Shown: positions 10,823 to 20,592 of the stretch, one piece after another
Position numbering within the stretch: the stretch's first letter is position 1
Layout of the letters: each line of letters starts with the position of its first letter
DNA from: a bacterium
GTDB lineage: Bacteria; Pseudomonadota; Alphaproteobacteria; Rhizobiales; Aestuariivirgaceae
Reading direction: 5' to 3'
DNA length: 64,000 bases
NCBI GenBank assembly: GCA_022842165.1
Contig: JALHQC010000015.1
Coordinates: forward strand, 12,030-76,029
Notes under the pieces: generated by a model
What the model was told of the DNA's origin: nothing
What the model saw: only the letters and a program-made list of their open reading frames with translations
Databases searched by the model: none
Program-made: the position numbers and the translations under genes

Positions 10823-11956
10823 TTAACCGACCGCGGTACGCTTCTTCTTTTCCGGATCATCGAAGCTGATGGTGTGGGCGATGGCCTTGGCCTTCAGGTT
10901 CTTGCCGCGCACCTCAAGCGGTGTTCCCTGCTTGGCATAGGGTACGTCCAGACGGACGATTGCCATGCTCCTCTTGGTGAGCTTCGAATAGCTCGGGCAG
11001 GTAATGACGCCGACTTTTCTGCCATCGGCCCAAAGTTCGTCACCGCCTTCGGCCATCTTGTCGCCCTCGATCAGGAGGCCAAAAATCTTGAAACGCTCCT
11101 TGCCCTTGAGCTTGTAGTGCTCCTCGTGACCGCGGAAGCCGGTCTTTCCCGGCGAGACGGTGAAATCGAGGCCCAGCTCCCAAAGCGAATCGCCGGGGGG
11201 CTGATCGGGGAACGGATACATCTGCGAATTGTCGAAGGGATAGAAGAGAAGATAGCTTTCGACACGCAGGAAATCGAGGGTGGTGAAGGACACGGGCTTT
11301 ATGCCCATGGATTTGCCCTGATCGAGGATCGTGTCCCAGATCATTCCCGCATCCTGCCCACGGCAGAAGATTTCATAACCGCGTTCGCCGGTGTAGCCGG
11401 TGCGCGAGATCATGACGGGTGCGCCGAACAACGTCGTCTGCATGTGGTGGAAATAGCGAAGGTCGCGGATGCCGGGCACGTGCTTGGCCAGGAAGTCGAC
11501 AGCCACAGGTCCCTGCAGAGACAGATCATGGAGATCATCGTCGAACAGCACCGCGCAGTTGCGGCCATAGGCCTGTTTCACGACTTCCTCGTGCGCCGTG
11601 CCCGAGCCGTGGACCAGCATCCAGGAGTTGGGGCCGGTGCGGTAGACGATGCAGTCGTCGGTGAACATGCCACGGTCGTTCAGCATGCAGGCATAGACCG
11701 ACTTGCCGGGATAGACCTTGGTGAGGTCGCGGGTGGTGATATAGTCCAGCACGGCAATGGCGTGGGGCCCAACGAGGTGAACCTTCTTCAGGCCGGACAC
11801 GTCCATGAGGCCGGCCTTGGTGCGGACGGTGGCGTGCTGCTCGACCAGATCGTCGTCATAGGTCCAGGCGGTGCCCATGCCGCTCCAGTCCTCGAGCTTC
11901 GAGCCCAAGGCGCGGTGACGGTCCCCCAGCGCAGAAAATCTCCATGACAACGGCAT
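10823..11956 (-). CDS. dmmD: Aminomethyltransferase (THF-binding), DmmD
   Basis: SWRFSAL..RH, DVSGLKK, SRTGYTGERGYEI, RVESYL; first gene of the dmm operon. Confidence 0.8.
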   Translation of the reverse strand: MPLSWRFSALGDRHRALGSKLEDWSGMGTAWTYDDDLVEQHATVRTKAGLMDVSGLKKVHLVGPHAIAVLDYITTRDLTKVYPGKSVYACMLNDRGMFTDDCIVYRTGPNSWMLVHGSGTAHEEVVKQAYGRNCAVLFDDDLHDLSLQGPVAVDFLAKHVPGIRDLRYFHHMQTTLFGAPVMISRTGYTGERGYEIFCRGQDAGMIWDTILDQGKSMGIKPVSFTTLDFLRVESYLLFYPFDNSQMYPFPDQPPGDSLWELGLDFTVSPGKTGFRGHEEHYKLKGKERFKIFGLLIEGDKMAEGGDELWADGRKVGVITCPSYSKLTKRSMAIVRLDVPYAKQGTPLEVRGKNLKAKAIAHTISFDDPEKKKRTAVG

Positions 11957-12134
11957 TCATCCCTCCCCTTTTTTATTTCCCATGTGGAAACTATTGTTCC
12001 TGACTGTAATGAGATTTTCGTCTCTTGCAAGACAGGATTTTCAGCAATGGGCGTCAATCAGACGATCGTTTGACACATGCTTCGCAGCATTGACCCGAAT
12101 CGCGGCGATGTCACGGTCTGTCCGGATCCCGCCT

Positions 12135-13469
12135 CTACGCAGCCGTGCCGATGCCGTCTCTGAGGCTGACGAAGTAATCGTCTAGCCCGACTTGACCACC
12201 CTTCATGGCGATCTCCAGCCCATCCAGCTGCGGATCGCTGCTGTGAGCAATGCAGAGTGGCGAGCCCGGCGTCGCCTTAAGGGGAAAGCGCAACGTCAGG
12301 GCGAACACGTCAAGCCGGCCCAGGGCATGGCTCGATGTGTCGCCGCCGGCGAGGATGGCGCGGCGCAGTCCGCAGGTCCTGATCGCATCGCCAGCAATCA
12401 TGCCCAGAGCAGCGCCGACGCGATGGCGGCCGCCGGGGATCCGGTCCAGCTCTGTTCCCTTGTCGTTCTTCGGATCCAGCGCAGTGTAGACGATCACACT
12501 CCGGCCTTCCTTCAGATAGGCAATCGAAGCGGCGGTGAGACGCTGGCCTTCCTTCCGGCCTTGATCACCAGCCAAAGCAATGGGATCAGCCTCAATGCCG
12601 GCAAAGCCGTGGTTCAAGGCATGGCGAATCTGGCGTGCCGTCGTGGGTGAGCAGCTGCCTGAAACGGCAATGATGCGATCAACCCTGTCCAATGGCTGGA
12701 AAGACGACCGGCCGGGAATGATGCCAGCCTCCACCCATGCCTTGGCGAGCGCATAGTTCACGCCCGATGACCCCACAATGAAAGGGCCGGTCTTTTCAGA
12801 GAGACGCAGCAGCTGACGCCCGGTTTCGATCTGGGTTGCCGTATCCAGCACGTCGAACAGAACGATGCCGTCATGTCCTGAAACCGCTGCATCAACGGCG
12901 GAAGAGTTGGCACCGGCAAGGATATTGGCCGGAACGAGCGCCGCCGGTACCCCTGTTTGCCGTGAAAGATGAACCCGGAGGTCTGCCTCGTTCATCGGCG
13001 TGACGGGGTGACGGCTCATCACCGGGTGGCGGTCTATGCGGTAGGTTTCACCCTGATAGGCTGCAAAGAGATGACCGAAGGCCGTGTAACGCTTGAGCTG
13101 CGGTGCACCGACCACGAGCGGCGTGAGCTTCTGGCCGAAAATATCGCGTGCAATCTCGACGGCCCTGCCGATGCTGCCAACCGTGGGGCTCGAATCGAAG
13201 GTGGAACAGACCTTATAGTGACAGAACTGTGCGCCGCGGTCCTTCAGCCACCGGAAGTATCGTGGCAGGTGCTCGTCCATCCATTCGGGCGGCTGGCTGC
13301 GGCTGGTGCCTGCAATGCCGATGGCCCGGCAGGCGGAGAAGCGCTGCAGCTGTTCGTCGTTCGGAATGCGTGTGAACAGCGCCGTGTCGATGCCATGAAG
13401 GCTGAGCGCTTCCATCACATCGGTCGAGCCGGTGAAATCATCGCCGTAATAGGACAGGAGAAGCCCCAT
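12135..13469 (-). CDS. oiaK: Four-carbon acid sugar kinase family (DUF1537), OiaK-like
   Basis: YYGDDFTGSTD, YKVCSTFDSS, AGGDTSS and MKGGQVG motifs; coupled to the RuBisCO-like gene. Confidence 0.75.
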   Translation of the reverse strand: MGLLLSYYGDDFTGSTDVMEALSLHGIDTALFTRIPNDEQLQRFSACRAIGIAGTSRSQPPEWMDEHLPRYFRWLKDRGAQFCHYKVCSTFDSSPTVGSIGRAVEIARDIFGQKLTPLVVGAPQLKRYTAFGHLFAAYQGETYRIDRHPVMSRHPVTPMNEADLRVHLSRQTGVPAALVPANILAGANSSAVDAAVSGHDGIVLFDVLDTATQIETGRQLLRLSEKTGPFIVGSSGVNYALAKAWVEAGIIPGRSSFQPLDRVDRIIAVSGSCSPTTARQIRHALNHGFAGIEADPIALAGDQGRKEGQRLTAASIAYLKEGRSVIVYTALDPKNDKGTELDRIPGGRHRVGAALGMIAGDAIRTCGLRRAILAGGDTSSHALGRLDVFALTLRFPLKATPGSPLCIAHSSDPQLDGLEIAMKGGQVGLDDYFVSLRDGIGTAA

Positions 13470-14740
13470 CAGGAGGCCTTGCCGTCGCCGAAGAACTTCA
13501 GCGATGCAGCAAGTTCTGGATGATCCACGGCATAGGTTTCGAGGGCAATCCCCTTGACCGCCGCCTCCCAGGCCTGGCGAACGGCGCGGACGCCCGCTGC
13601 AGGGCCGCCAGGATGGCTGACGATGCCGCCGCCGCAGAGATAGAGGAGATCCTGCGTCTTGCCGGTGCGCTCGTACGTGTCAGGCGCCTGCCCGCCCCAT
13701 TGGCCGGAACCTGCGACGGGGAGCGGGCAATCGGCCCCGGAAAAGATCGGCTGCTGCAGCGCCTTGAAGGAGGCAACGAAGCTTTCATCAGGCTCCCAGT
13801 ATTTCACGCGGATGCCGTTGATCTGGAACTGGTCGACGCCGAGCAGACGCCAGAACTGTTGGTAGACAGAGAAATCCATGCCGAGGCCGGGGTGACGGGT
13901 AAGAATGTCCCAGCCGTTCCGATGGGCATGGAGCACAAGGCCGGAGCGTTTGCGCAAGAACGCCATTCCGCCAAAGCCGATCGAGTTGATGTTGATGACG
14001 GCGCAATTGCCGCCTGCCTTCAACACCATGTCGTGGTTGCGCATCATGATGTCCGGATCGGCATGGCTGATGCCAAAGGCGTACATCACCTTGCGGCCGG
14101 TACGCTGCTCGCGATCGAGGATCAGCGGCATGATGGCCTTCACACGCTCTTCCAGCGGCGAATAGGCAGGGCTCATCAGCTTTTCGTCGTCCTTGATGAA
14201 GTCGACGTCAGCCTCGATCAGGTCCTTCACCAGCTCGGCGGTTTCATGCGGGCGCAGACCCAGAGCGGGCTTTACGATCGTACCGATGATGGGGCGGCCG
14301 TGAACGCCGGTGAGCCTGCGGCTTCCGGCAATGCCGAACTGCGGGCCTGGATGTGCGGCGGCGAAAGCACCTGGCAATTCCAGTCCGGTCACGCGGATAC
14401 CGGTGAAGCCCTTGATCGAATAGATGCCCGCTATGGCGATCGTCATCAGCGCCGAGAGGTCGGTGCCGATGGCATCGAGCGGAAAATCGATATCGGCTTC
14501 GGCGCGGTTAAACGGCCCGTCTTCGCTTGACGGAAAAGACGATTGCTTTACAGGGGCCAGCCGCCGGAGCGCGGTGACGCGCGCAGCCACCCGAGCCTTG
14601 AGTTCTTCCGTCTCTCCGGGGACAGCGACGAAGGTTCCGGTGGATTGATCGCTTGCAATCTTGTCTGCCAGCCTTTCCGGATCACCTGTCGATTCAATGA
14701 GATAGGTCAAGCGGATCATGTTGGAAGCCGGGTTGCGCAT
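13469..14740 (-). CDS. oiaX: RuBisCO-like protein (form IV), 3-oxo-isoapionate-4-phosphate decarboxylase-like
   Basis: ASDQSTGTF, GTIVKPALG, DFIKDDE carbamate motif, HAHRNG; no small subunit or prk; adjacent DUF1537 kinase. True start may be ATG 14719. Confidence 0.75.
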   Translation of the reverse strand: MRNPASNMIRLTYLIESTGDPERLADKIASDQSTGTFVAVPGETEELKARVAARVTALRRLAPVKQSSFPSSEDGPFNRAEADIDFPLDAIGTDLSALMTIAIAGIYSIKGFTGIRVTGLELPGAFAAAHPGPQFGIAGSRRLTGVHGRPIIGTIVKPALGLRPHETAELVKDLIEADVDFIKDDEKLMSPAYSPLEERVKAIMPLILDREQRTGRKVMYAFGISHADPDIMMRNHDMVLKAGGNCAVININSIGFGGMAFLRKRSGLVLHAHRNGWDILTRHPGLGMDFSVYQQFWRLLGVDQFQINGIRVKYWEPDESFVASFKALQQPIFSGADCPLPVAGSGQWGGQAPDTYERTGKTQDLLYLCGGGIVSHPGGPAAGVRAVRQAWEAAVKGIALETYAVDHPELAASLKFFGDGKAS

Positions 14741-14798
14741 GGGTTGTTTACTGGTATGATGAACTGAACTGATGACAAACTAGCAGCCTTGCCGCGTC

Positions 14799-15518
14799 AT
14801 GCAAACCGATCGCATCATCCGCCGAAAACTTTCCGACGAAGTGCTGGAACGGCTGCTCCGCATCATTTCGGAGGGCAATCTCAAGCCCGGCGATGCCATG
14901 CCGTCGGAGCGCGAACTGATGGAACGCTTCGGCGTAGGGCGGCCTGCCATCCGCGAGGCGATGCAATCGCTCAGCAACATGGGGCTGGTTTCAATTTCGC
15001 ACGGCGAACGGGCACGGGTTCAGGAACTTACCGCGCAATCGATCATCCGGCAGGTCGACCAGTCGGCCCATATCATGCTGTCGCGATCCTCCGACTCGCT
15101 CGAGCATCTCAAGAATGCACGGCTATTCTTCGAGCGCGGCATGGTGCGCGAGGCCGCAGCCAAGGCCACGCCTTCCGATATCGAAACCTTACGTGCAACC
15201 GTCGCGGAGCAGCGGGAAAAACTGGGTAAGGCTGAAGAATTCATGACGGCGGATATGCGCTTTCATACGCAGATTGCCGCAATCTCGGGCAATCCCATCT
15301 TTGTCTCGGTGAGCGAAGCAATGCTGGGCTGGCTCAAGGCCTATCACGTGGAACTGCTGTTCTGGAGCGGCAAGGAAACCTTCACGATGGCCGAGCACGA
15401 GCAGATCATCGCCGCCATCGCGAAGGGCGATGCCGATGCGGCCGAAGAGGCGCTGGTGATCCACCTCAAGCGTTCCGCCATTCTTTATGCGCTGAACAAC
15501 CAGAAGGAACAGCCTTAA
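14799..15518 (+). CDS. GntR/FadR-family (NanR-like) transcriptional regulator
   Basis: wHTH PSERELMERFGVGRPAIREA plus FCD domain (DMRFH..IA..SGN); divergent from oiaX. Confidence 0.9.
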   Translation: MQTDRIIRRKLSDEVLERLLRIISEGNLKPGDAMPSERELMERFGVGRPAIREAMQSLSNMGLVSISHGERARVQELTAQSIIRQVDQSAHIMLSRSSDSLEHLKNARLFFERGMVREAAAKATPSDIETLRATVAEQREKLGKAEEFMTADMRFHTQIAAISGNPIFVSVSEAMLGWLKAYHVELLFWSGKETFTMAEHEQIIAAIAKGDADAAEEALVIHLKRSAILYALNNQKEQP

Positions 15519-16345
15519 GCGGCTGCAAGGCCGAGTATCGCGCGCGCCTCGGCGGGGCTCGCGGCATGCCTGTCAAACTCTCCGCAGAGGACGGCAACAC
15601 GCTTCACAAGCTCGGCATTCGATGCCGCAAGACGCGTTTCGTCCCAGCGGATGTTGTCCTCCAGTCCGGTGCGGCAGTGGCCGCCACGCTCGAGGCACCA
15701 GCGGTTCACTTCGAGTTGATGCTTGCCGATCCCTGCCGCGACCCAGGTCGATTGCGGCGAAAGCCTCGTTACTTCATCGACCATGAAATCGAAGGCCTGG
15801 CGGATGACCGGCATGGCGTTCTTGACGCCCATGACGAACTGCACGTGCAGTGGCTTCTTCAACATCCCCTCGTCCGCGAGGCGCAATGCCTGATAGAGCA
15901 TGGAGAGATCGAAAACCTCGATCTCGGGCTTCACGTTGTAGTCCAGCATCTTTTGCGCAAGTTCGCGGACGAGGTCTGGATGGTTCTCGTAGATGATGGT
16001 GGGGAAGTTGCACGAGCCTGTGGAAAGCGAGGCCATGTCGCATCCCAGATGCAGCATGCCGCCGCGTTCCGCGCCCTTGCCGGAACGCCCGCCTGTCGAG
16101 AACTGCACGATCATGCCGCGGCAATGCTTGCGCAGACCCTCCAGCAGCGCCGCGAAACGATCGGGGTCCGATGTCGGAGTCTGGTCGTCTTTCCGCACAT
16201 GCACGTGCGCGATGGTGGCCCCGGCCTCGAAGGCGGCGTGGGTCGATTCCACTTGTTCGGCAATGGTGATCGGAACTGCTGGGTTGTGCTCCTTCCGCGG
16301 AACGGAACCCGTGATGGCGACGGTGATGATACAGGGCTTTGTCAT
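15515..16345 (-). CDS. Beta-keto acid cleavage enzyme (BKACE / DUF849)
   Basis: IITVAITG, AHVHVR Zn motif, KPEIEVFD, RTGLEDN. Confidence 0.88.
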   Translation of the reverse strand: MTKPCIITVAITGSVPRKEHNPAVPITIAEQVESTHAAFEAGATIAHVHVRKDDQTPTSDPDRFAALLEGLRKHCRGMIVQFSTGGRSGKGAERGGMLHLGCDMASLSTGSCNFPTIIYENHPDLVRELAQKMLDYNVKPEIEVFDLSMLYQALRLADEGMLKKPLHVQFVMGVKNAMPVIRQAFDFMVDEVTRLSPQSTWVAAGIGKHQLEVNRWCLERGGHCRTGLEDNIRWDETRLAASNAELVKRVAVLCGEFDRHAASPAEARAILGLAAA

Positions 16346-16357
16346 GAGCGATGCGGA

Positions 16358-18004
16358 TCAGGCTTCGGCGTAGTGTTTCATTTCATTGCGCTCCCATTCC
16401 AGAACGGCGGCCGGCAGCAGCGGCTTTCCGGCGATGAGGTCTGACGCTTTCTCGCCAATCATCGTGGTGGGCGCATTGGTGTTCGAGGAGTTGATGAATG
16501 GCATGATGGAACTGTCGCAGACGCGCAAGCCTTCGAGGCCATGAACCTTGAGGTCGGTGCCAACGACCGACATCGCATCATGCCCCATCTTGCAGGTGCC
16601 GACGGGATGATGGTCGGTCTTTGCCATGCGGCAGGCATATTCGAAGATCGCTGCGGGGTCGCTCACACCCGGCAGCACCTCGCGTTTCACGAAGGGTTTC
16701 AATGCCGGTTGCGACATGATCTCGCGCGCCATCTCAAGGCCGCGGAGGGAAATTTTCAGATCATAAGGGTCCGACCAGAAGTTGGGATCGATCAGCGGCG
16801 CATCTGTGATGTCAGGCGAAGCAAGCCTTACCGTACCGCGTGAGCGCGGGCGCATGAAGGCAGAGTTGAGGGTGACGCCTGCGTTGTCGAGCTTGGCGAT
16901 GCCGGCCTCGATCCCCGAGCCCTGTCCGAAGTGAAACTGGATATCAGGCGAGCGCGCATCCGGATCGGCATACCAGAAGGCACCCGTCTCGAAGAGCGAG
17001 GAGACCACCGGGCCCGACTTGAACAGCAGATACTGCAGGCCCGCCATCACCATGCGATGCGGCTTCTGCAAACCGTCATAGGAATGATCGCCCGTGCATT
17101 CCGAAAGCACGCAGATATCGACATGATCCTGCAGGTTCGAGCCGACGCCCGGCAGATCGTGCACGACATCGACGCCAACGGACTTCAGATGATCCGCCGG
17201 GCCAATCCCCGAGAGCATCAGGAGGCGCGGCGAACCAATAGCGCCCGACGTGATCAGCACTTCCCGCGTTGCACGGTATTCCGTATCTTTGCCATCGACG
17301 CGTACCTTCAGCCCCACGGCCCTGCCCTTTTCGACCATGATGCGGGTGGCGAGCGCCCCCGACATGACGGTGAGGTTCTTGCGCGGCCTGGCGGGATTGA
17401 GAAAGCCGGTGGCCGCCGACGAACGCCGCGCATTCTTCTGCGTCAACTGATAGTAACCCACGCCGCGCTGGTAGCGGCCATTGAAATCCGGATTGTAGGG
17501 AATGCCGGCCTGCTGGGCGGCGCGAATAAAGGCGTCGCACACCGGAAGCGCGCTTTTCGGCATCGTCACGCCAATGGGGCCATCGGTTCCGTGATAGTCG
17601 TCGCTGAAGCGTTCGTTTCCTTCGGCGCGCTTGAAATAGGGGAGAATGTCGCGGTACCCCCAGCCTTCGCATCCGCCCTCATCGCGCCAGGCGTCATAGT
17701 CCTTGGCATTGCCGCGCGTATAGACCTGGGCATTGATGGTAGAGCCGCCGCCCACGACCTTCGCCTGCGTGTACCACAACACGCGGTCCTTCATGTGGCG
17801 TTGGGGAACCGTGGACCAGCCCCAGGACGCGATGCCTTTCGTCATTTTCGCGAAGCCAGCAGGCCAGTGAAACAGCAGACTTGAATCGGGTCCGCCAGCT
17901 TCGAGGAGAAGAACCGAAACATCCGGATCCTCGGTGAGGCGGCTTGCCAATACGCAGCCGGCGGTTCCCGCGCCCGAGATGATATAATCGAAGGTGGTGG
18001 ACAA
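16358..18004 (-). CDS. GMC-family FAD oxidoreductase
   Basis: FDYIISGAGTAGCVLA, GGGSTINAQ, VGSNLQDH, HHPVGTCKMG, SSNTNAP; TTG start with GGAGG RBS. Confidence 0.9.
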   Translation of the reverse strand: MSTTFDYIISGAGTAGCVLASRLTEDPDVSVLLLEAGGPDSSLLFHWPAGFAKMTKGIASWGWSTVPQRHMKDRVLWYTQAKVVGGGSTINAQVYTRGNAKDYDAWRDEGGCEGWGYRDILPYFKRAEGNERFSDDYHGTDGPIGVTMPKSALPVCDAFIRAAQQAGIPYNPDFNGRYQRGVGYYQLTQKNARRSSAATGFLNPARPRKNLTVMSGALATRIMVEKGRAVGLKVRVDGKDTEYRATREVLITSGAIGSPRLLMLSGIGPADHLKSVGVDVVHDLPGVGSNLQDHVDICVLSECTGDHSYDGLQKPHRMVMAGLQYLLFKSGPVVSSLFETGAFWYADPDARSPDIQFHFGQGSGIEAGIAKLDNAGVTLNSAFMRPRSRGTVRLASPDITDAPLIDPNFWSDPYDLKISLRGLEMAREIMSQPALKPFVKREVLPGVSDPAAIFEYACRMAKTDHHPVGTCKMGHDAMSVVGTDLKVHGLEGLRVCDSSIMPFINSSNTNAPTTMIGEKASDLIAGKPLLPAAVLEWERNEMKHYAEA

Positions 18005-18083
18005 AGAACGCCTCCGGATCGCCGTCGCCCGTTTCAAGAGCGAGTTCGCCGCTGCCGCGAAACAGCGAGAGTCTTGCCATTTG

Positions 18084-18097
18084 TAACCACTTGGTTA
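18084..18097. promoter_or_regulatory. Palindromic operator TAACCA-CT-TGGTTA (probable TetR site) between divergent sigma70-like promoters
   Basis: Perfect 6-bp inverted repeat between TTGCCA (18074-18079) and TATCAT (18096-18101); an opposite-strand TTGACA at 18117-18122. Resembles the RutR-type TTGACCAnnTGGTCAA box. Confidence 0.7.
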
Positions 18098-18136
18098 TCA
18101 TCAGGCGGGTTTCAAATGTCAAGCCGGGGTACAGCA

Positions 18137-19156
18137 ATGCCAGCCATCGGAAAACGCAAGTTCGGGCGCGTTGACCTCGAAGTGACCGACATGGGCTTTG
18201 GCGCCGCACCCATCGGCAATTTCCTGCGGCCTATCAGCGAAGAAACGTCCCACGCCATGGTGCAAAGGGCATGGGACCATGGCATGCGCTATTTCGATAC
18301 GGCACCTTACTACGGGCACGGGTTGTCCGAGGCGCGCCTCGGACATTCGCTGCGCTGGAGACCGCGCGGAGAATTCGTCATATCGAGCAAGGTGGGACGT
18401 GTGCTGACGCCAGCAAAGCGCTCGGCCATCAATTTCGCGCCATGGGTGGATGCGCTGCCCAACGTCTGCCGTTTCGACTACAGCTACGACGGTACGATGC
18501 GGAGCTTCGAGGATTCCCTGCAGCGACTTGGCCTCGAACATGTCGATATTCTCTATATCCATGATGCCGACGTGTTCACGCATGGCGAAGCGCAGCAGAA
18601 GGTCTATTTCCGGCAGGCGATGGAGGGCTGCTACCCCGCGCTTTTCAAACTCCGTGAGCAGGGCGCGGTGAAGGCGATCGGCGTTGGTGTCAACAATTGG
18701 GAAGTGATGCTCGATTTCATGAAGGCCGGTGACTTCGACTGCCTGCTGATGGCCGGCCGCTATACCCTGCTGGAACAGGAACCGCTCGACGAACTGATGC
18801 CGCTTTGCGAACAGCGCGGGGCCGCGATCGTCATCGGCGGCGGTCTGAACAGCGGCATCCTGGCGACCGGCGCCGTTCCCGGTGCCAAGTACAACTATGC
18901 CCCCGCCCCAGAACCCATCATGGAGCGTGTCCGGCAGATCGAGGCCGTGTGCAAGGCGCATAATGTGCCATTGCCCGCGGCCGCCCTGCAATTCCTGCTG
19001 GCCCATCCTGCGGTCGCATCGCATGTGCCCGGCACCCGCACAGTCGAGCAGATGGACCAGAACGTGGCATGGGTCAGCCATCCGATCCCTCAGGATTTCT
19101 GGGCCGAGTTGAAGCACCGGGGGCTGCTCCGGCAGGATGCGCCCGTTCCGGCATGA
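18137..19156 (+). CDS. Aldo/keto reductase (aldose/pyridoxal dehydrogenase-like subfamily)
   Basis: GFGAAPIGN, YFDTAPYYG..SE, SSKVGR, FDYSYDG, AGRYTLLEQ. Confidence 0.88.
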   Translation: MPAIGKRKFGRVDLEVTDMGFGAAPIGNFLRPISEETSHAMVQRAWDHGMRYFDTAPYYGHGLSEARLGHSLRWRPRGEFVISSKVGRVLTPAKRSAINFAPWVDALPNVCRFDYSYDGTMRSFEDSLQRLGLEHVDILYIHDADVFTHGEAQQKVYFRQAMEGCYPALFKLREQGAVKAIGVGVNNWEVMLDFMKAGDFDCLLMAGRYTLLEQEPLDELMPLCEQRGAAIVIGGGLNSGILATGAVPGAKYNYAPAPEPIMERVRQIEAVCKAHNVPLPAAALQFLLAHPAVASHVPGTRTVEQMDQNVAWVSHPIPQDFWAELKHRGLLRQDAPVPA

Positions 19157-19830
19157 TGGCGGGCAAATTGCCATCCGCCGTCCGCTCACGCGACCCTGAC
19201 GCAACGCGGCTCCGCATCCTCGATGCCGCAAAGAGCGAATTCGCGAGAAAGGGGCTGGGCGGCGCACGGGTGGACGACATCGCCGCCAAGGCAAAGATCA
19301 ACAAGCGGATGCTGTATCACTACTTCGGCAACAAGGAAGAATTGTTCCGGCGTACGCTGGAAGATGCCTATGGCGCCTTCCGCGCCGCGGAAGCCGAACT
19401 CAGGATCGAGCAGGACGAACCCATCACAGCGCTGAAGCGGCTGATGACGTTCACCTGGGAATACTATCTTTCAAACCCCGAGTTCATCACGCTGGTGAAC
19501 AGCGAAAACCTGCACAAGGCGCGGCACATCCGGAAGTCGGAAAAGATGGATGCCATGAACAAACCCTTCGTCGCCAGGATGAAGACATTGCTCGAGCGTG
19601 GCGTGGCGCAGGGCCAGTTCCGGCCGGATCTCGACGCTGTCCAGATATTGATCGCCCTCTCCGGGCTTGGTTTCCACTATCTCAACAACCGGCATACGGG
19701 CGCCATCGTCTATGGCCGCGACCTGATGAGCCCGGAGGCGAAGACGGCGCGACTGAGGTTCAACATCGAGGCGATATTACGGATCGTTTGCAGGCCGGAG
19801 ACACTCATGAAGCTGGAGAAGCTCCAATGA
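19153..19830 (+). CDS. TetR/AcrR-family regulator (RutR/NicS-like)
   Basis: RDPDATRLRILDAA..EFA..GLGGARVDDIA..A.INKRMLYHYFGNKE. Confidence 0.9.
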   Translation: MMAGKLPSAVRSRDPDATRLRILDAAKSEFARKGLGGARVDDIAAKAKINKRMLYHYFGNKEELFRRTLEDAYGAFRAAEAELRIEQDEPITALKRLMTFTWEYYLSNPEFITLVNSENLHKARHIRKSEKMDAMNKPFVARMKTLLERGVAQGQFRPDLDAVQILIALSGLGFHYLNNRHTGAIVYGRDLMSPEAKTARLRFNIEAILRIVCRPETLMKLEKLQ

Positions 19831-20588
19831 ACGGCCAAGCACTGGTGACGGGCGCGCGGCGCGGAATCGGCAAGGCCATCGCACTGGCGCTGGCGGATGC
19901 GGGCTTCGACCTGGCCGTGTGCGACCTGACCGTGTCGGATGAACTCGCCGGGCTTGCGGCCGGGATCGAAGCCAGGGGCCGCAAGGCGATTGCGATCGCC
20001 GCCGACATCTCCGAGATTGCCGGCCATGCACAAGTTCTTGACAAGGCGGAAGCCGCACTTGGTCCCTTGACGACGCTCGTCAACAACGCCGGTGTCTCGG
20101 TCATGGTGCGGGGCGACCTCCTCGATGTGACGGCGGAGAGCTACGACCGCTGCCTCGACGTGAATACGCGCGGCACGTTTTTTCTCACCCAGGAGTTCGC
20201 GCGCCGCGTCCTGAAGGTCCGCGGCGGAGCGCATCGCTCGATCGTCACCGTGTCTTCCGCCAATGCCGTGGCGCCGTCCATCGCACGGGGAGAGTACTGC
20301 GTCTCGAAGGCCGCGGTCTCGATGGTGTCGAAGCTGTTCGCGGCGCGGCTTTCGAACGATGGCATCGGCGTTTACGAAATTCAGCCTGGCTTCATCGAAA
20401 CCGATATGACAGCCCCCTCGAAGCCCCGTTATGATGCGCTTATCGAGGGCGGCCTCACAGTCATCAAGCGCTGGGGTCAGCCAGAGGAAGTGGCGCGCAT
20501 TGCCGTGACATTGGCGACAGGACTACTTCCCTATACCAGCGGACAGATCATCCAGGCCGATGCCGGGCTTCTGACAGTGAGATACTGA
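19827..20588 (+). CDS. Short-chain dehydrogenase/reductase
   Basis: TGARRGIG, NNAG, YCVSK catalytic motif; ATG overlaps the TetR stop. Confidence 0.9.
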   Translation: MNGQALVTGARRGIGKAIALALADAGFDLAVCDLTVSDELAGLAAGIEARGRKAIAIAADISEIAGHAQVLDKAEAALGPLTTLVNNAGVSVMVRGDLLDVTAESYDRCLDVNTRGTFFLTQEFARRVLKVRGGAHRSIVTVSSANAVAPSIARGEYCVSKAAVSMVSKLFAARLSNDGIGVYEIQPGFIETDMTAPSKPRYDALIEGGLTVIKRWGQPEEVARIAVTLATGLLPYTSGQIIQADAGLLTVRY

Positions 20589-20592
20589 ACCC

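Noticed and set aside
13469-14740. RuBisCO as evidence of CO2 fixation
   Set aside because: Form IV features and DUF1537 context; no cbbS, prk or cbbX
14748-14785. ATGAnnAACT direct repeats between oiaX and gntR as a GntR operator
   Set aside because: Short and degenerate; cannot be supported without comparative data
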